From the NCBI RefSeq assembly GCF_004010195.1, contig NC_057718.1:36777717-36804994 (forward strand): DNA of 27,278 nucleotides, read 5' to 3'. The DNA comes from Chiloscyllium plagiosum. Its lineage: Eukaryota. Below the pieces are notes generated by a model. It was not told the origin of the DNA. It did not search any database and saw only the letters and a list, made by a program, of their open reading frames with translations. A program made the position numbers and the translations under genes. Positions 1-13,000 of this stretch are shown here, one piece after another (the stretch's first letter is position 1; each line of letters opens with the position of its first letter).

Positions 1-1084
1 CAAAATAAGATGTTAGCATTGAGGACTGCGATTCACCAAGAATTCCACCTTCACACGTATGCTAAGTCATAACAAGCCGAATGGCGTGCCACAGGTTGAG
101 CTTTCTCAGGAGTGAGGGTGGCTTATTAGTCACCACCTGACATGCTTATTCCAATACTTTAAAAATGGGAAAATTCCCTCTAATGACAGACATTAAACTC
201 CATTGTCCAAACAGCATACATTTAAGGTAAGCTGAGAAATAGCAAGAAACCAGTTACTTCGCTGACCCCTAACCAACGGAAAGATACAATTTGCACAAAA
301 ATCAAAATTATTATTAGAAACACAATGAGAGTTTTAATTATCAAACAAACTAGCATAGGCTAGATTTTGATGCAAATTTTTAAGAAAAGGTAGGCAAGTC
401 CTAAAGAAAGATTTTATTTTAAGGACTCCCCCAGCATTTAACATCTAAGTATCCAAAACGACAGATCGTGATTCTCAACCAGGAGCAACCTTTGCTTAAA
501 GCATGTAGCACTACAGTTAGCTCACACTGGCCTGTTTGAGTCGTCATATACAAACAAGCATTTATAGTATGGAAGCAGAGGAAAACAAAGAAACAAGGAC
601 AGAGGTATGATGAAAAAGGACAGGAACATTTCACCTTTGAATGCACCTGAGCAAGAAACAATTGTGCCAGAGATGAAATTATAACTCTTTTTCATGAATA
701 ATCTACAGCAGGCTAATGATCTCCTTGACCAAAGCTATGCAATTTTACAGAGTAAAAGATATAAATCAATTTTCTCATCAATTTTTATTTCACTAGGGTC
801 CTCTAGAGTTTAATGATAAATTCTGTACTGTACATTGCTGGCTATATTCAAACCTCAGGATCACCACAATGGGGTGAGACGAAAGAAATATTCAGCAGGA
901 TTGAAAAATGGCACAGATCTTAAGTATAACATGCCTGCCTTCACAGTTGAAGGCAATTTAACAGAAACAGAGGGCAACCAAGGAGCTACGAGGGAGTAAC
1001 TTAAAACATAGATATGATCAGAGACAACGATTAACAAAATTTGAGATCAAATGCCCACAAACCATCAAAATTTGATAGCTTACT

Positions 1085-1720
1085 TCTGATGGTTCAAAAA
1101 GACATAGTTGCAGAGATATTGGATGCAATGGTTATTTTTCTATAATTCATTACAGAGTAGGCTATTGCTAGCAAAGTGGTCTTAATAAATATAACACTGC
1201 TATTCAAGAAATGAAGAAACAAAAATTAGGCCTGCTAGCCTGGCAATCATCAGAAAGATGCTGGAACGTGTTATCACGAAAATATTCGTAATACTCTTAG
1301 AAAAACAGCATGGTGGCTTAGTGGTTAGTACTGCCAACTTACAGTGCCCAAGACCCAGGTTAGATTCTACCCTCAGGTAACTGCATGGAGTTTACGCATT
1401 TGCCCTGTGTTTATGTGGGTTCCCTTCAGGTGCATTTGTTTCCTCCCACAGTCCACAGACGTGCAGGTTATGTGGACTGGCCATCAGAAACGCAGGGGTA
1501 CAGGGATAGGGTTGAGGAGTGGGTCTGGATGGGTCAATGTTGACTATAGGAACCAAATGCTCTGCTTCCACACTGTAGAAAGCTATGAATCTATGAAAAT
1601 TACTGACAGTGACAATCACATGATGTTCAAAGTCAACATGGTTTTATGAAAAGGACAAATTCTGTTTTACATATTTGTTAGAAGCTTTTGAGGACAGAGA
1701 TAGCAGGGTAAAAAGGATGA
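1085..1720 (+). mobile_element. Old degraded CR1 LINE ORF2 (RT N-terminal) fragment, split by a SINE
   Basis: Decayed counterparts of AEIVDALVIIF...ITPLFKK...KMLE (1105-1300) and QSQHGFMK...LLE.FED (1628-1700), collinear with the near-intact CR1 ORF at 16323-16961. Confidence 0.7.
1306..1596 (+). mobile_element. tRNA-derived HE1/V-SINE-type SINE
   Basis: A-box TGGCTTAGTGG (1314-1324), degenerate B-box GGTTAGATTCT (1358-1368), V-SINE-like core (tttcctcccacagtcca..gacgtgcaggtta), CTATGA tail. Homologous to the copies at 21318-21643 and 25214-25563. Confidence 0.85.
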
Positions 1721-2329
1721 CCAAATGAGAGGGGGGGGGGCAAACTGGTTTCCCTCTTTTCAACACCATTCCATTCAGCCAGAATAAATACTTTTATTTC
1801 CTTTTTGTACACAACTACTGCATTTCAATTAAAACATAGTACTAGTCCATACTGAGAACCAGTTGCAAAGTTATCTTGAAAAGAAAACAACTGCATTCAT
1901 TACTAAACCCAGAGAAAAATAATAAAATGAAACATCAATCACATTATATATAAAGGTTTAGAAAAGGTGAACATGTTGCTTACAGACAGGAAGAATTAAG
2001 CTTGCACATGACATTAAGCCTTATAGTCCGAGAGGTCTCAGATTATTATTGTTTAGTTGATAACTGGCATCCTCAGCAGTGGATCAGCAGGAAGGGGGAG
2101 GAGGGAGAGCACAACCACAAGAAAACGAGAGAGATAATGGACATCACTATAGAGATTTTGAGGAGCATCAGCTGTTGGGTCACACACCTTCAATATCTTA
2201 AGCTATTTGGTCCACAATCATGCTATGATTATCATGTAAGTAGTGTTTATGAAACTCCTCAATGAACCTTTTCAGACCATAAACAAAAACACCTGAATTT
2301 TGCGCGCGTACAAAAGATAGATAGAAGGT

Positions 2330-2900
2330 TACTCCCCTTGGTCCATATTCCTGGGTTCCCCAAGAGATGAAAAGTTTTATATCCATCTATCTCAGTACTG
2401 AATATACTCAACATTGAAGCGTCCACAGCCTCTAGGTAGAGAATTTCAACAGATCCACAATTTGAGAGAAGAAATCTCTCCTCATTGTAGTCCTAAATGA
2501 CTGGCCCCTTATCCTGAGACTACAACTGTGCCGTCGATTCCCCTCTTAGGGAAACTAGTGGTTGCCCTTCCAAACTCTTCAGAATCTTGTGTTTTCCTGA
2601 GATTGTCATTCTATCATGTAGATTCCACTGAATCTCAGCCTGATTTACTCATTATTGTGGGGCAACAATCAGGAGCAAATCTAATAAACCTGTGAGATAC
2701 TGCAGGCAGTACAAGTACAGTACATTATAGCTTAGGAATGCAGGACAGAATTGCACACAGTAGTACAGGTGTGGACTCGCCACCTTTGTTGCTGTACTCC
2801 AAACTTTTCGCAATAATGACCAACGATTAATTTACCTTAGTTGTTTGCTGTATCTAATTTTGCTCCTACGATTGCACCCATATCCCTTGCATCATCAACA
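2330..2900 (-). mobile_element. Degraded CR1 LINE 3' portion
   Basis: Aligns by eye to the young CR1 at 15560-16180 (e.g. gaagaaatctctcctcattgtagtcctaaatg; cagaattgcacacagtagtacaggtgtgg). Confidence 0.75.
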
Positions 2901-2921
2901 TTTATAAGTTTTACAGCTCGT

Positions 2922-4179
2922 TAGTGCTGAAGACCTGTGCTCCAGAATTAGCATACTACTAACTAAACTATTCCAGTATAGCCACTATACTGGCAACGGC
3001 AGAGTTATGACTATCCACAAAAAGCAAAACAAATCCAATCCAGTCAATTACTGCTCTACAGATCTACTCTCAATCATCAGTAAAACAATCCAAGGTGTTA
3101 TCAATCATCATTCACTTAGCAGCAATCCACTCAGTTTGAGTTTTTATCAGGCCCATATGATTCCAAACCCCATAGAAGCCTTGGTGCAAACAGATGAATC
3201 CCAAAGAGGACAGGAGAATGTCTGCACTTGACATCAAGGCAGCATCTGATCAAGTGCATCATTATGGAGCCCAAGCAAAATTGGAATTAACTGCAGTCAT
3301 GGGTGGAATTCTCCATAGGTTGGAGGCATCCATTCCACAAAAATGCGGTGTAGCTTTTGGAAGTCAACCATCTAACCCATGGATATTGCTGCACGAGTTC
3401 TTCAGAGTAATGTCCTTAGGTGACATATCTTTCACAGCTTTAATCATGACCTTCTTTGTCATTAAGTCAGAAGTGGGGCCGCCTGCACAGTATATAGCTC
3501 AACTCTACCTCAAATAATGAAGTCATCCATGCCTACATGGAATAATAACGGAATAATACTCAGACTTGGGCTGATAAGCAGAAAATAAACATTGGTACCA
3601 TGCAAGTGATAGGTAATGACCATCTCCAACTAGATAGAATCTAATCAACTCCCTTTGGCATTATCATCACTGGATCTCCCTCATTAAATGGTAATTAATA
3701 CCATGTGCGTCAGATAAACATTTTGACTACATGAATATGTAGGAAGTTGGCAATTCTATAGCTACCATATCCAAGAGACAAGTCAGGAGTCCATTTGTAT
3801 GCTCTCCATTTGCCATAATTGGTAGAAGACCAACAAAAGTCAAGAAACTCAAAATCTTCCAGGACACAGCAGCCCTCTTGATCTAAAACTGTTCCACCAC
3901 CAACATACAGCAACACCATTGACAACAATTCACCAAATCTCCTTCAACAGCATTGCCCAAACCCACTAACTCTACCAAGTTAAAGGGAACTGCTACTACC
4001 AACGCCTGAAGTTCCCCAAGTAACATGTGAATGCCACTGTGTTGACATTCTGGAAGCCCTTCCCCAGTAGCACTATGGGTATGTAAAGGCAGTTTACTAC
4101 CAATTTCTCAGAGACAGTTAGAGGAGGATAACAAATTACAACCTTGTCAGCAATGCCCATCAATTAAATTTAAAAAAAA
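2922..4179 (+). mobile_element. Degraded CR1/L2-group LINE, RT to 3' end
   Basis: Frameshifted RT motifs VLKTCAPELA, HKKQNKSNPVNY...LLSIISK and ALDIKAASDQV (=LDIKAAFD). Ends in an A-rich tail at about 4179. Confidence 0.8.
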
Positions 4180-5355
4180 CTTCTCAAAAGGCAAGAAAAT
4201 GGAGCTAGGATTTAGGAAATATTTATCAGTATACAAGCCAGCAAAGCAGGAAATACAAGAAAGGAATAAAACAAACACTGGAATGTATAAAATACTGGGA
4301 CACATTCAGCCTTGAATAGATTGAAATTTGATAATGACAAAACAGTTTCATGTTCTGATCCACAAAGTACCATAATGTATTTTCAAACCTTTTACTTTAT
4401 GGAGATCTAACCGATTACTTGGTCATATTTATCATTACCCGTAAATGAGATTGCCTGCTTCTACATGTGCCGTATGCTAAACTGCATTACCTTGGTATTT
4501 ACCAGCATTAAAAGGTCATTTGTCAATTAGTGCCTTAGTGCCAAGTTTCTCTGGACTCTGCAATACTATTTGCCTTTATGCAAAATTCTAAATCAGCAAA
4601 TTGAGATGTTACATAATCCAACCATCAATTATGAAGAGTAAACAGTAGGCCGGTGGGAATTTGTCAAGATCAACCAGTCATTACAAGTTTAAAAACAAAA
4701 AACCTACCCTGTTTATTAAGATCGATCAATGGAAATAAAAATCCCAGTTGCACATTTAGTGCATTGTAAAACAATTCCATGTGATTTTCTAGAGAAGAAA
4801 GAAGAGCTCAATATCCAACCTGCCCCCTTTCCACCTGTACACTCCCCACAGAAAGAAATTAAAAACAAACCACAGGAGTTATAAATATACTGTGCCCTGG
4901 GTCAAGCATGTGATATGATAAATCTGTCCACAAGTGAAGCTGACCGGTCAGCTTGTGGAAAGATTTATCAGATCACATGGTTAGCCAAGGCACCATCTAT
5001 TTATAATATTTGTGACACGTAGGGAAAGAAAATAACAAACTTTAAGGCCATCTTTAATAAAAGTTTTATTTCTCATTATGCACTTGTTAAACTCCAAACG
5101 AAGAGTTTTTCTGACTTCTTGGTCATATATGTAGCCATTATGTTGACTAAAGATGTCATTAAATTTCATCATGCACTCCAATCTTCAATCTCTTGCAGCT
5201 GTCTAACTCAGTGTAACTATTTCATCAGGTCTTTACATACATAGTAAGTTATCTATCTTTTGTGCTGTATGTATAGTAATCCAGTTAACAGTCGCAGGAA
5301 AGCTAGTGGAAGAATCTACCATTACCGATAGTGACTGAACATAAACAAACATTCA

Positions 5356-5633
5356 CTGGTCTCCTGTGCAATCCAGATTTTAATCACTCCACCACAGGTA
5401 GCCGTGCCTCTAATTGTTTAGATCTAAACATTTGGAATTTGTTCCTTACACCTTTCCACCTCTCCTTCCTCCTTTAAAGTACACTGCTAAACATTTGATC
5501 AAGCTTGATCTTTTCTAGCTTATATCTCTCTATATAGTCCATTATCGAGTGGATTCTTCAATACTCCTGTAATTTACCTTGGAACATTTTATTACGTTAA
5601 AAAATACATAAATGCACATAGCTGCTGTTATTG
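5356..5633 (+). mobile_element. L2 LINE 3' end fragment
   Basis: gattttaatcactccacc...gccgtgcct...tggaat... and terminal ctcctgtaa..ccttggaacattttattacgttaaa...ataaatgca...gctgttattg resemble fish/shark L2 3' termini (recognised from memory). Confidence 0.7.
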
Positions 5634-5812
5634 AATGGCCGGCTCTGGCTTCTAATATAGATGTTTATCAGTTCATAAAATATTCCACATGACAACCCAT
5701 TCTTACGGTTATTTCCATACCTTTGGATAAAGGCAGCTAATTCCAAAATATAAAGTTTAATTGAATAAGTTGGTTAAAGAAAGGAATTTAGTTTATATCA
5801 GAATGGAAAAAC

Positions 5813-6038
5813 TGTAGTGATTGGAACCAGGTGGATCTTGTTGACTACTAGATCCTGGATTGGGGTTGTTATCCTGGGCCAATCAGGAAAGTCCTGGCTG
5901 ACCAATATAAACAGGAAATTTAGAATCTCCTCAGTGGAGGACTGACTCCAAGCTGGCTGGCCACAGTCAGTATACTGTGCACTAGTAAATAACGGGTGAC
6001 TTGGGTGACAGGATACCAGCTTCTGTGCAATTATTTCA
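5813..6038 (+). mobile_element. Solo LTR (226 bp), Gypsy-like
   Basis: TG...CA termini; flanks AAAAC (5808-5812) and GAAAC (6039-6043), a 5-bp TSD with 1 mismatch. Ordered CCAAT (5879), TATAAA (5906) and degenerate polyA signal AATAAC (5988). Confidence 0.75.
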
Positions 6039-6119
6039 GAAACGTATTCATTTCAATGTATTTTCAGTTCTATTTCTGAACGTTCAATACCAGACTGTAC
6101 AAGAAAATCCTACATTTAG

Positions 6120-6640
6120 ACTGCAAGAATGCAGGTGGACCAGATGGATTGCCAGGATAAATGTGCAACAAGATAGAATAAAAAAGATGGGATCTACACT
6201 TTAGTGAAGATGGACATAAGAGTGATCTAACAGTTTATGAAAATGATGAGAATGAGTTCTGATTTGATAGTTTCTGTGAATTAAGTGTGTTAGAAAAGAT
6301 CAGGAGATACAAATTTCAGTTGCGCCACATCAGATATCAGGAGATGATTCTCCCAGAGAAAAACTGATCACTGGAATAGACTTGTGCAATGGACTGCGAT
6401 TCACAATGCCTTTAGCCAAAAGTTGGACCTGTTTTGGGTGGGGAATGCAAGGGTGGGATGAAGAGAGGGAGACATTTTTTAAAAATCAACTCTCACAGAA
6501 GTAGGAACTACACGGAATTATCAGTGCTGGAATGATCTACCTGACTATTTTCAATTGCTGTTGGAAGAGAAATGTAGGAAAATGTGAGGAATTTGCCAAT
6601 ATCTTTCCCACCAAAATTGGCCCAGTCTTTTGATTGGTGT
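6120..6640 (+). mobile_element. Ancient CR1-like LINE 3' end (ORF2 C-terminus + 3'UTR)
   Basis: DRIKKMGSTL..(R)SDL..VY.MM and SQR..ITGID-like remnants of the CR1 C-terminal RL..LGLYSLE.RR.RGDL..VYK and FSQRV...WN.L motifs. Confidence 0.55.
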
Positions 6641-7323
6641 TTTAGGTGAAATAGAAAGTTTACAGTCTGCGATGTACAAGTTATCAATGCTCCGGGATAC
6701 TCGTATGAAGAATGACCTGGTCCGACGATCAAGTTCTCGGGATATAAATTTTTGCATGATGGTGAGACTCTTATCTGCTGTAGGAGACCGCAATGCCCAA
6801 TGCTCAGACTTTCATCTGCCCTGAACATTTACTGACATTGATCTAGTCCCTTATAGTTTCATTAACAAATGAAGATTTCTAATATTCATATTCCTTCGCA
6901 GTCAAAAAGCTGTGAGACGGAAAATGTTTTCATGTTTGCATTTCATTATGCTTCTGAGGTTATGACCAGATGTAAAATGAAGTTCTACAACCAAGGTGTC
7001 TTGATATTCATCAAGGAGAAAATAAAATTAAGGAAATGTTTGGTTCATTGCAATTCCTTTCCATAAACAAAACTAATCAGAAACTCTTTAAAAGTAAGTT
7101 TAACATTCCATTTGAAACTATCCATGGCAATTTCCATGTTATCCTGCTTTGGTGCAGTCAACTGGAGAAAACAACTCTTACCCAAAGCAGTTCTACTGTA
7201 AGTACCAGATAGTAAAAGCTGCAATTTCAAAGTGATGGAGCATGCAAGCTACAGGCTCAGAAATATGTAGCCTAACCCTGTCTGTAGTATCCTGGGTTCA
7301 AATTGCAATAGTGTTAACTGTGG

Positions 7324-8500
7324 ACAGAAACTTACAAATTAAGGGTTGGCTATTTGGGCATAATGCCTGCTCCATCATTCAAGACAATCATGGTGGATCT
7401 GACTGAGGCTTCAATTCTACATTCCTGCTTCCCTCTATCACCGTAACTACTGGCTTCCTTGTTTGTAAAATATTGTTCACCTCTGCCGTTAAACATTCAA
7501 TCACTTACCTCTGGGGAAGAGAATTCCAAAGACTCATGATCCTTTTAAAGAAAAAGATTCCTCTTTATTTCAGTCTTAAATGGAAGTTTCTAATTTTAAT
7601 ATTTCATCCTCCAGCTCGAGACTGTCCCTCAAGGAAATGAGAATGTGTATAGGGTACAGGCAGGCAGGGAAAGAGTTAACTTCTGAGTTTTGTGAAACAA
7701 GAGGTTCAGCTGATCATGACTCAAATCAGGTAAGAACTTACAGTTAACAATGGGGTGCTGGAGACAAGGTGGAAAAGCAGTCATTATGTAGACCCATTTA
7801 ACAATGTTGCAAGCATTCAGTATGGGAGGTCAGTTTAACAAGGTGAAAAGTATTCTTTATGTGAAGCCAGTCATCCATTGTGTAACAGCAGATGGCTTAA
7901 TCTTTACTGTTGATGCGTGCTGATTGTAACGGTCACCCAATTAATATGTATAGGTAAAAACAATTAATATGTATGTTGCCTTATCTGGATGCTCCTCCCT
8001 GTAAAATGACCGTATATTTCATTGAGAAACTGCTCTTCCAAAGACAACCATGAACTCATGTCTCTGTGCACATGGGTGATTGTTCTCTCCCCGTCAAGGG
8101 CCTGGAACAAAGATGAAGGAGGTAAAACTATACTGTTTCTCTGTGTGTTTTGTTTCGGCTGAGGGGGCGAAACGGGACAACAGGAAACGTCCTTTCAGCA
8201 ATGTAAAGTCCCTTCAAAGTCTTGAAACTCTCATTCTTGTAAACGCCAACAAAAAACGTACGTACAGACTATCTAACGTTTCATTGTTCGATAGTCCCTT
8301 CCATCCCAGTTACATATGACTACTAACATCTTCACATCAGGTTTTAAAATAACCAAAACTGCGTACACTACTCCAAATATGGCCTCTCAATGCTTTACTA
8401 AACAGTAAAGCAACACTACTTCTACATTCCATTCACTTCGTAGTAATCAATGTTGTTCTATTTGTCTTCCTGATCACTTACTACACCTGCACATGAACTT
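7324..8500 (-). mobile_element. Degraded CR1 3' portion (7324-7637 and 8188-8500) interrupted by a solo LTR
   Basis: gcctgctccatcattcaa..atcatgg, ggggaagagaattccaaagactc and, after the LTR, ctcattcttgtaaac...ctactccaaatatggcc are collinear with the CR1 at 15460-16150. Confidence 0.75.
7638..8182 (+). mobile_element. Solo LTR (545 bp), ERV- or Gypsy/BEL-type
   Basis: Starts TGAGA, ends CAACA, flanked by a perfect 5-bp TSD GGAAA (7633-7637, 8183-8187). Removing it restores the host CR1. TATA-like TATATTT (8013) and AACAAA (8106, possible decayed AATAAA) suggest + orientation. Confidence 0.8.
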
Positions 8501-9599
8501 TTGTATATTTTTTAAAACATCAACCTGCTCAAAAATATAAATTTCAGACCTCAAGGGCAGGATAGCCTGTCACAAGATCCCAAAACTAACATATTGGAAT
8601 ACAAATTTGAAAAACCTGTTTTGCTACTTCCAATTGTGTGAAGCTCCAGAATTCTCCTTACAACTTAGGTCACCAGATCAACCTTGCAGAAACGTCTACT
8701 GTTCAGTATTTTGCAGGTAGGGACACAGGGTCTCTAATACACTGTAAAGTTTTTTTCCCCTAGCAGAGTAAATTTTGCGAAGACAGTTACTGTACTGTGA
8801 AATATGAATAATACTTAGATCCCTAGATTTTTTTCTCTTTAATCCAAGAATCAGAACAGCACTCCTGCTGAATCAAATGAATTGTTCAGTTTTGCCAAAT
8901 TGCCAGACCTTAACATTGAGTGAGATTATTGTCAATTATATTAGGCTGTGATTTTTCCTATATAATCTGATCTCAATAGATCAGGATAAGATAAGAAACT
9001 TTATTCAAAGAAGATCTTTATAACCAGGAGAAAAAGAAACTTATTCTGGAATGGATTCGTTCTGACTCAATCCTTTAATGTTGAGAAAAACAAACATGGA
9101 TAACATTTCAAAGCACATTGATAATTGTAATAAATCATGCATTAAATCACATTCATTCGGAGATTGATAATATGCAATAAATTAGTAATCTCATTCTCCT
9201 GCATTCAGGTTCACAAAACAGTAAACCAATCTATCTTAACTCAGCCTTCCAGAAACGACAAAGAACCGCTTATTAGATCATTTCAGGGTTAGGCTCTCTA
9301 CCATACTACTAGAAAGTTCAGTTCATGTCTCAATTACTCTATGTAAAGGCCAGCTTACCAAAAATTATGACCTTTTCACTAATTTATTCACTTTCTCCCT
9401 TTTCTATTGTCATAGCAAGTTTAACATTTGTCCAGTTCTGCCTTTTCCCTACTATTTATCACCTGACCACCACATGATTAACAATTTAAAGTGAAAAGCC
9501 TAATCTTCTCTCAATTCCCAGTTTAACCATAATTTCAAGTGCTCTACATCCTCAATAATCTACTTGCTTAGTTGACTGCTATGGTGATTAAACCTAAGT

Positions 9600-9895
9600 C
9601 CATCCATTTCAGCCCCACATTATGGAGTAGATACCTTTCCATTTTATCTTCATACATTCTAGTTTTGGCTTTCTTACATGCAAGTCCTTTGCCATTATAA
9701 GCACAACTAATGACCACAGATAATTAAAGTAAATTAAATACAATGCGGTCTTTATACTGAACCCTGGAGCAGTCCACTTTTTGCTGTTAATGAGTTAATA
9801 CTCTTTATCAATTCATCCCAATTTTTATATATTCCATTCCGGTTAAATCTACCTGAAAATGCAAGTGTCAATCAAAATTAAAATACTCTTCTAAA
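9600..9895 (-). mobile_element. Highly degraded LINE (L2-like) RT fragment
   Basis: Minus strand gives KSGLLQGSV (cf. GVPQGSVLGP) at about 9753-9780 and SILILID (cf. LILLDLS) at about 9867-9887. Confidence 0.4.
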
Positions 9896-9941
9896 GACAA
9901 AGTTACAAAGCAGCACTTCAAAGTTGCTCAGTTATTTTGGG

Positions 9942-10091
9942 GCTGAAAATGCGCAGCAGGTCAGGCAGCATCCAAGGAACAGGAGAATCGACATTTCGGG
10001 CATAAGCCTTTCTGTTCCTTGGATGCTGCGCTTTTCCAGCAACACATTTTCAGCTCTGATCTCCAGCATCTGCAGTCCTCACTTTTTCCAA
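9942..10091. mobile_element. Short Penelope-type terminal-repeat hairpin insertion
   Basis: Inverted repeats 9965-9982/10012-10029 (18 bp perfect) and 9942-9951/10045-10054. 10-bp TSD TTATTTTGGG (9932-9941, 10092-10101). Homologous to the Penelope terminus at 21799-21880. Confidence 0.8.
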
Positions 10092-13000
10092 TTATTTTGG
10101 GCTGCAGGCACTTCCATATGGACTCAATAATTACTCCCTGATGTCAAAGTAATTAACTAGTTAAAAGCTCAACTCAGGTGGGCTGTTCGGAGAATATACA
10201 TTATGCATAAATTACTGTTAATCAGTAAACATCACAATAAGAAATTTCTCATTTAGATTTTATAGAGAGTCATACAGTCATAGATGTGTCAATTGATGTG
10301 CAATATTGTTCTGCTGTCGGCTCTTTGGATCACCACACTGTCTCAAAAGGGTTTTCATATACAAGATTTAATGTGGCCCCAAATATGCATTATAAAGTAT
10401 TCAGATGAGCACATGGAAGCATTATAAATAGAATACATAATGGCTGACAGCTTAAGTATAACCACAGCTGAGTCAAACCATAAATCAATTTAGAGTTACC
10501 AAGTTTCTCTCTCATTATGACTTCACAAGCAAATATCAAATTTCAGTAAAGACAGCATCATAATGAAACTTGTTAACAGTACCCAAACCATACAAAATCT
10601 AAAATAACTATTGAAATTCAAGTAATATGTGAAAATATTGTAAAATTAAAGCATTAAGTTTTATTTTCTCTAAAATGAAGGATAGGAAGCCTGTTCATTA
10701 CTGCAAGTTTAATAAAGATATAGGGAGCCAGAAATAATGGCATCAGAAAGCATTCAGTAAAATGGTAAATATCATTCCACATCAAAATCTTATGTTGGTG
10801 CAGCTAATGAAATCAACTGAATCACTACAATTATAAATTATAATGAGCAATATATACTAGACGTATGTTGTTAAAATCTATTCAATCCTGCTTTCTACTC
10901 AACCAACCAATTATACTGATGTCTAAACAAAAGTTTTCAGATTCCAATTCTATGCACAACAAACTCAATTGCTCTCCTGGTGCAGCCAAAAGCTACTATC
11001 TGACCATCTCAATTGTTCAAGAAATACACACAGAAGTTAATGTATTGCTCTACATATTAGGGCAAGAATTATGACCCTCACACATACAGAGTCTTGCCTG
11101 ACAAGAGTGCAGGGCCCTGTTTCAGATCTCTAAGTTATGTTCACATCTGGTCAATATCTACATTAGCAGTAGTATCTGTAACTTATATAGATAAGTCAGT
11201 TATTCAGTATGAAAACAGTGCAGCATTTTTCTCTAAAACCTCAACAGCAAGGAAGGAGGACTGGAAAAAGGTACCAAAAAACATTTTAAAGGTTGTTGAG
11301 TCAAACATCTAATTGTGTTCCTTTTTTTAAAAAATTGAGCAGTCAATATATAGAGCCAAGGCAGATAAATCAGGACACTACAAATAGAAAATGATAAAAA
11401 AGACAACAGATAAATCAAGAACGAATTACAAGACAGATTTAGTTTCAACAGATTTGTTGTCATAGAAAGAAAAGCTAAGGGATGCAAGGTTAGTTAAGTC
11501 GGTCAAATAGTAGGGATATTGGACAGAAGAAAGCATGCATAGCAGGATCTTTCAAACTATGAATCAACACAGACTCTCAGAATCTCACATCACAGAAAAC
11601 CATTTGTCCTCATTGGGAAAGCTAACCATTTAATGTTATTCCCCTGCTCTTTTACCATAACTCTGAATATTGATTAAGTCAGAGTTATACGCGATTGAAT
11701 GCACAGACCACCTTAGCATTAATAAAACAGAGAAAGATAAGTAGGATTCTAAGCGTGAGACTGCCCATCGGATGACCAGCCTTTATTTGTAGTCTGTCCA
11801 GCATGGCAATTACCATGCTATAAGAATCTCCCTAAAAATTAAAATATTTGCCAATACCTGTAACCATTTTAGTGTTAGAAGTAACTGAAGTGGAAAAAAA
11901 GTTCCAGCAGAAAGGAGGAACTCCTATTTTGGTTGTACCTTTAGCAATGGCCTTGCAAGAGGTTTATTTAAACACAATACTGGAATCAAGAATTTATTAC
12001 AAGTAGTAATAAGGACCTGTAGCTTATCATTGGAATAGCAAGAGTGACAAAGAAACCAAAACTGATGTTGGACCTCTAACAAAAATCTAGAATGCTGCCA
12101 TGTATAAATGGTGGATCCTAAAGAAATGTTAGCTCCAAAACAAAATGCTGTGCTGCACACGATTATTATTAATTGAGTTAATTCAAAGCTATTTCTCACT
12201 AACAGCAAACCCTTTTTTTGCATCTCTAAAACCTCGCAAGCCCTCTGAATGAGTTACTGCTTTTCGACATACGCCCACACACCATTTACTGGCTCTATAA
12301 TTTACTCTGGTTTCAACTGACATCATAAATCAAAAAACCAAAGCTCAAGTGCATTGCAGAGGTCATCTGAACTCTGACATTAAATTAGTGGCCTCATTGC
12401 TCCTTTGAGCATCATAATGCATCCTACACAACATTAAAACAACCTTAACGACACCGAAAAGCAACACAGAAATTGCATTCACAAACCTGTGATTCAAAAT
12501 TATATGCAAGTTACTTCTTCCAATAATAAGTTTGAATATACAACTTTAACTCAAGCCTTAGATTCAACGTGTTACAATGTTATAAGGAAATTCAGTTTTC
12601 AATAAGCTATTGTGGAATTATCTTGTAATATCCTGCCTAAAACCTGTTCCATGGTGCAATTAAACTGTACGTCTTACAATTTCTCACGTAATACTGATGT
12701 AAAATGGGTACTATAGCAGTGCCAAATTTCCATCCTTTCACTTTCCTGGGAAGCAACTCTCAGCTGCAGACCAACAGCAAGCAAAAACATTTTTCTTTAT
12801 TTATAAAGAAGTCAGGTGACCCAATGAATTAACTAAAATTTTCAACAAGAGAACGAACTATCCAGTTGTACTTTTAACATTTTAGCAATCTGAGATTAAC
12901 AACCAATGCACATTACATTTAATGCAAGAAGCTGTATTTTCAAAAGCAATGCAAGCAGACAGTATAAATACACAGTTTCAACTATTTCATTGTCACATTA

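Noticed and set aside
4470..5200. Possible very old LINE RT remnants on the minus strand
   Set aside because: Only faint hints (QFAD-like, MKFN); too degraded to support a call.
11924..12223. 99-aa minus-strand ORF as an EML4 exon
   Set aside because: No similarity to the EML4 coiled-coil, HELP or WD40 regions; composition looks like a chance ORF.
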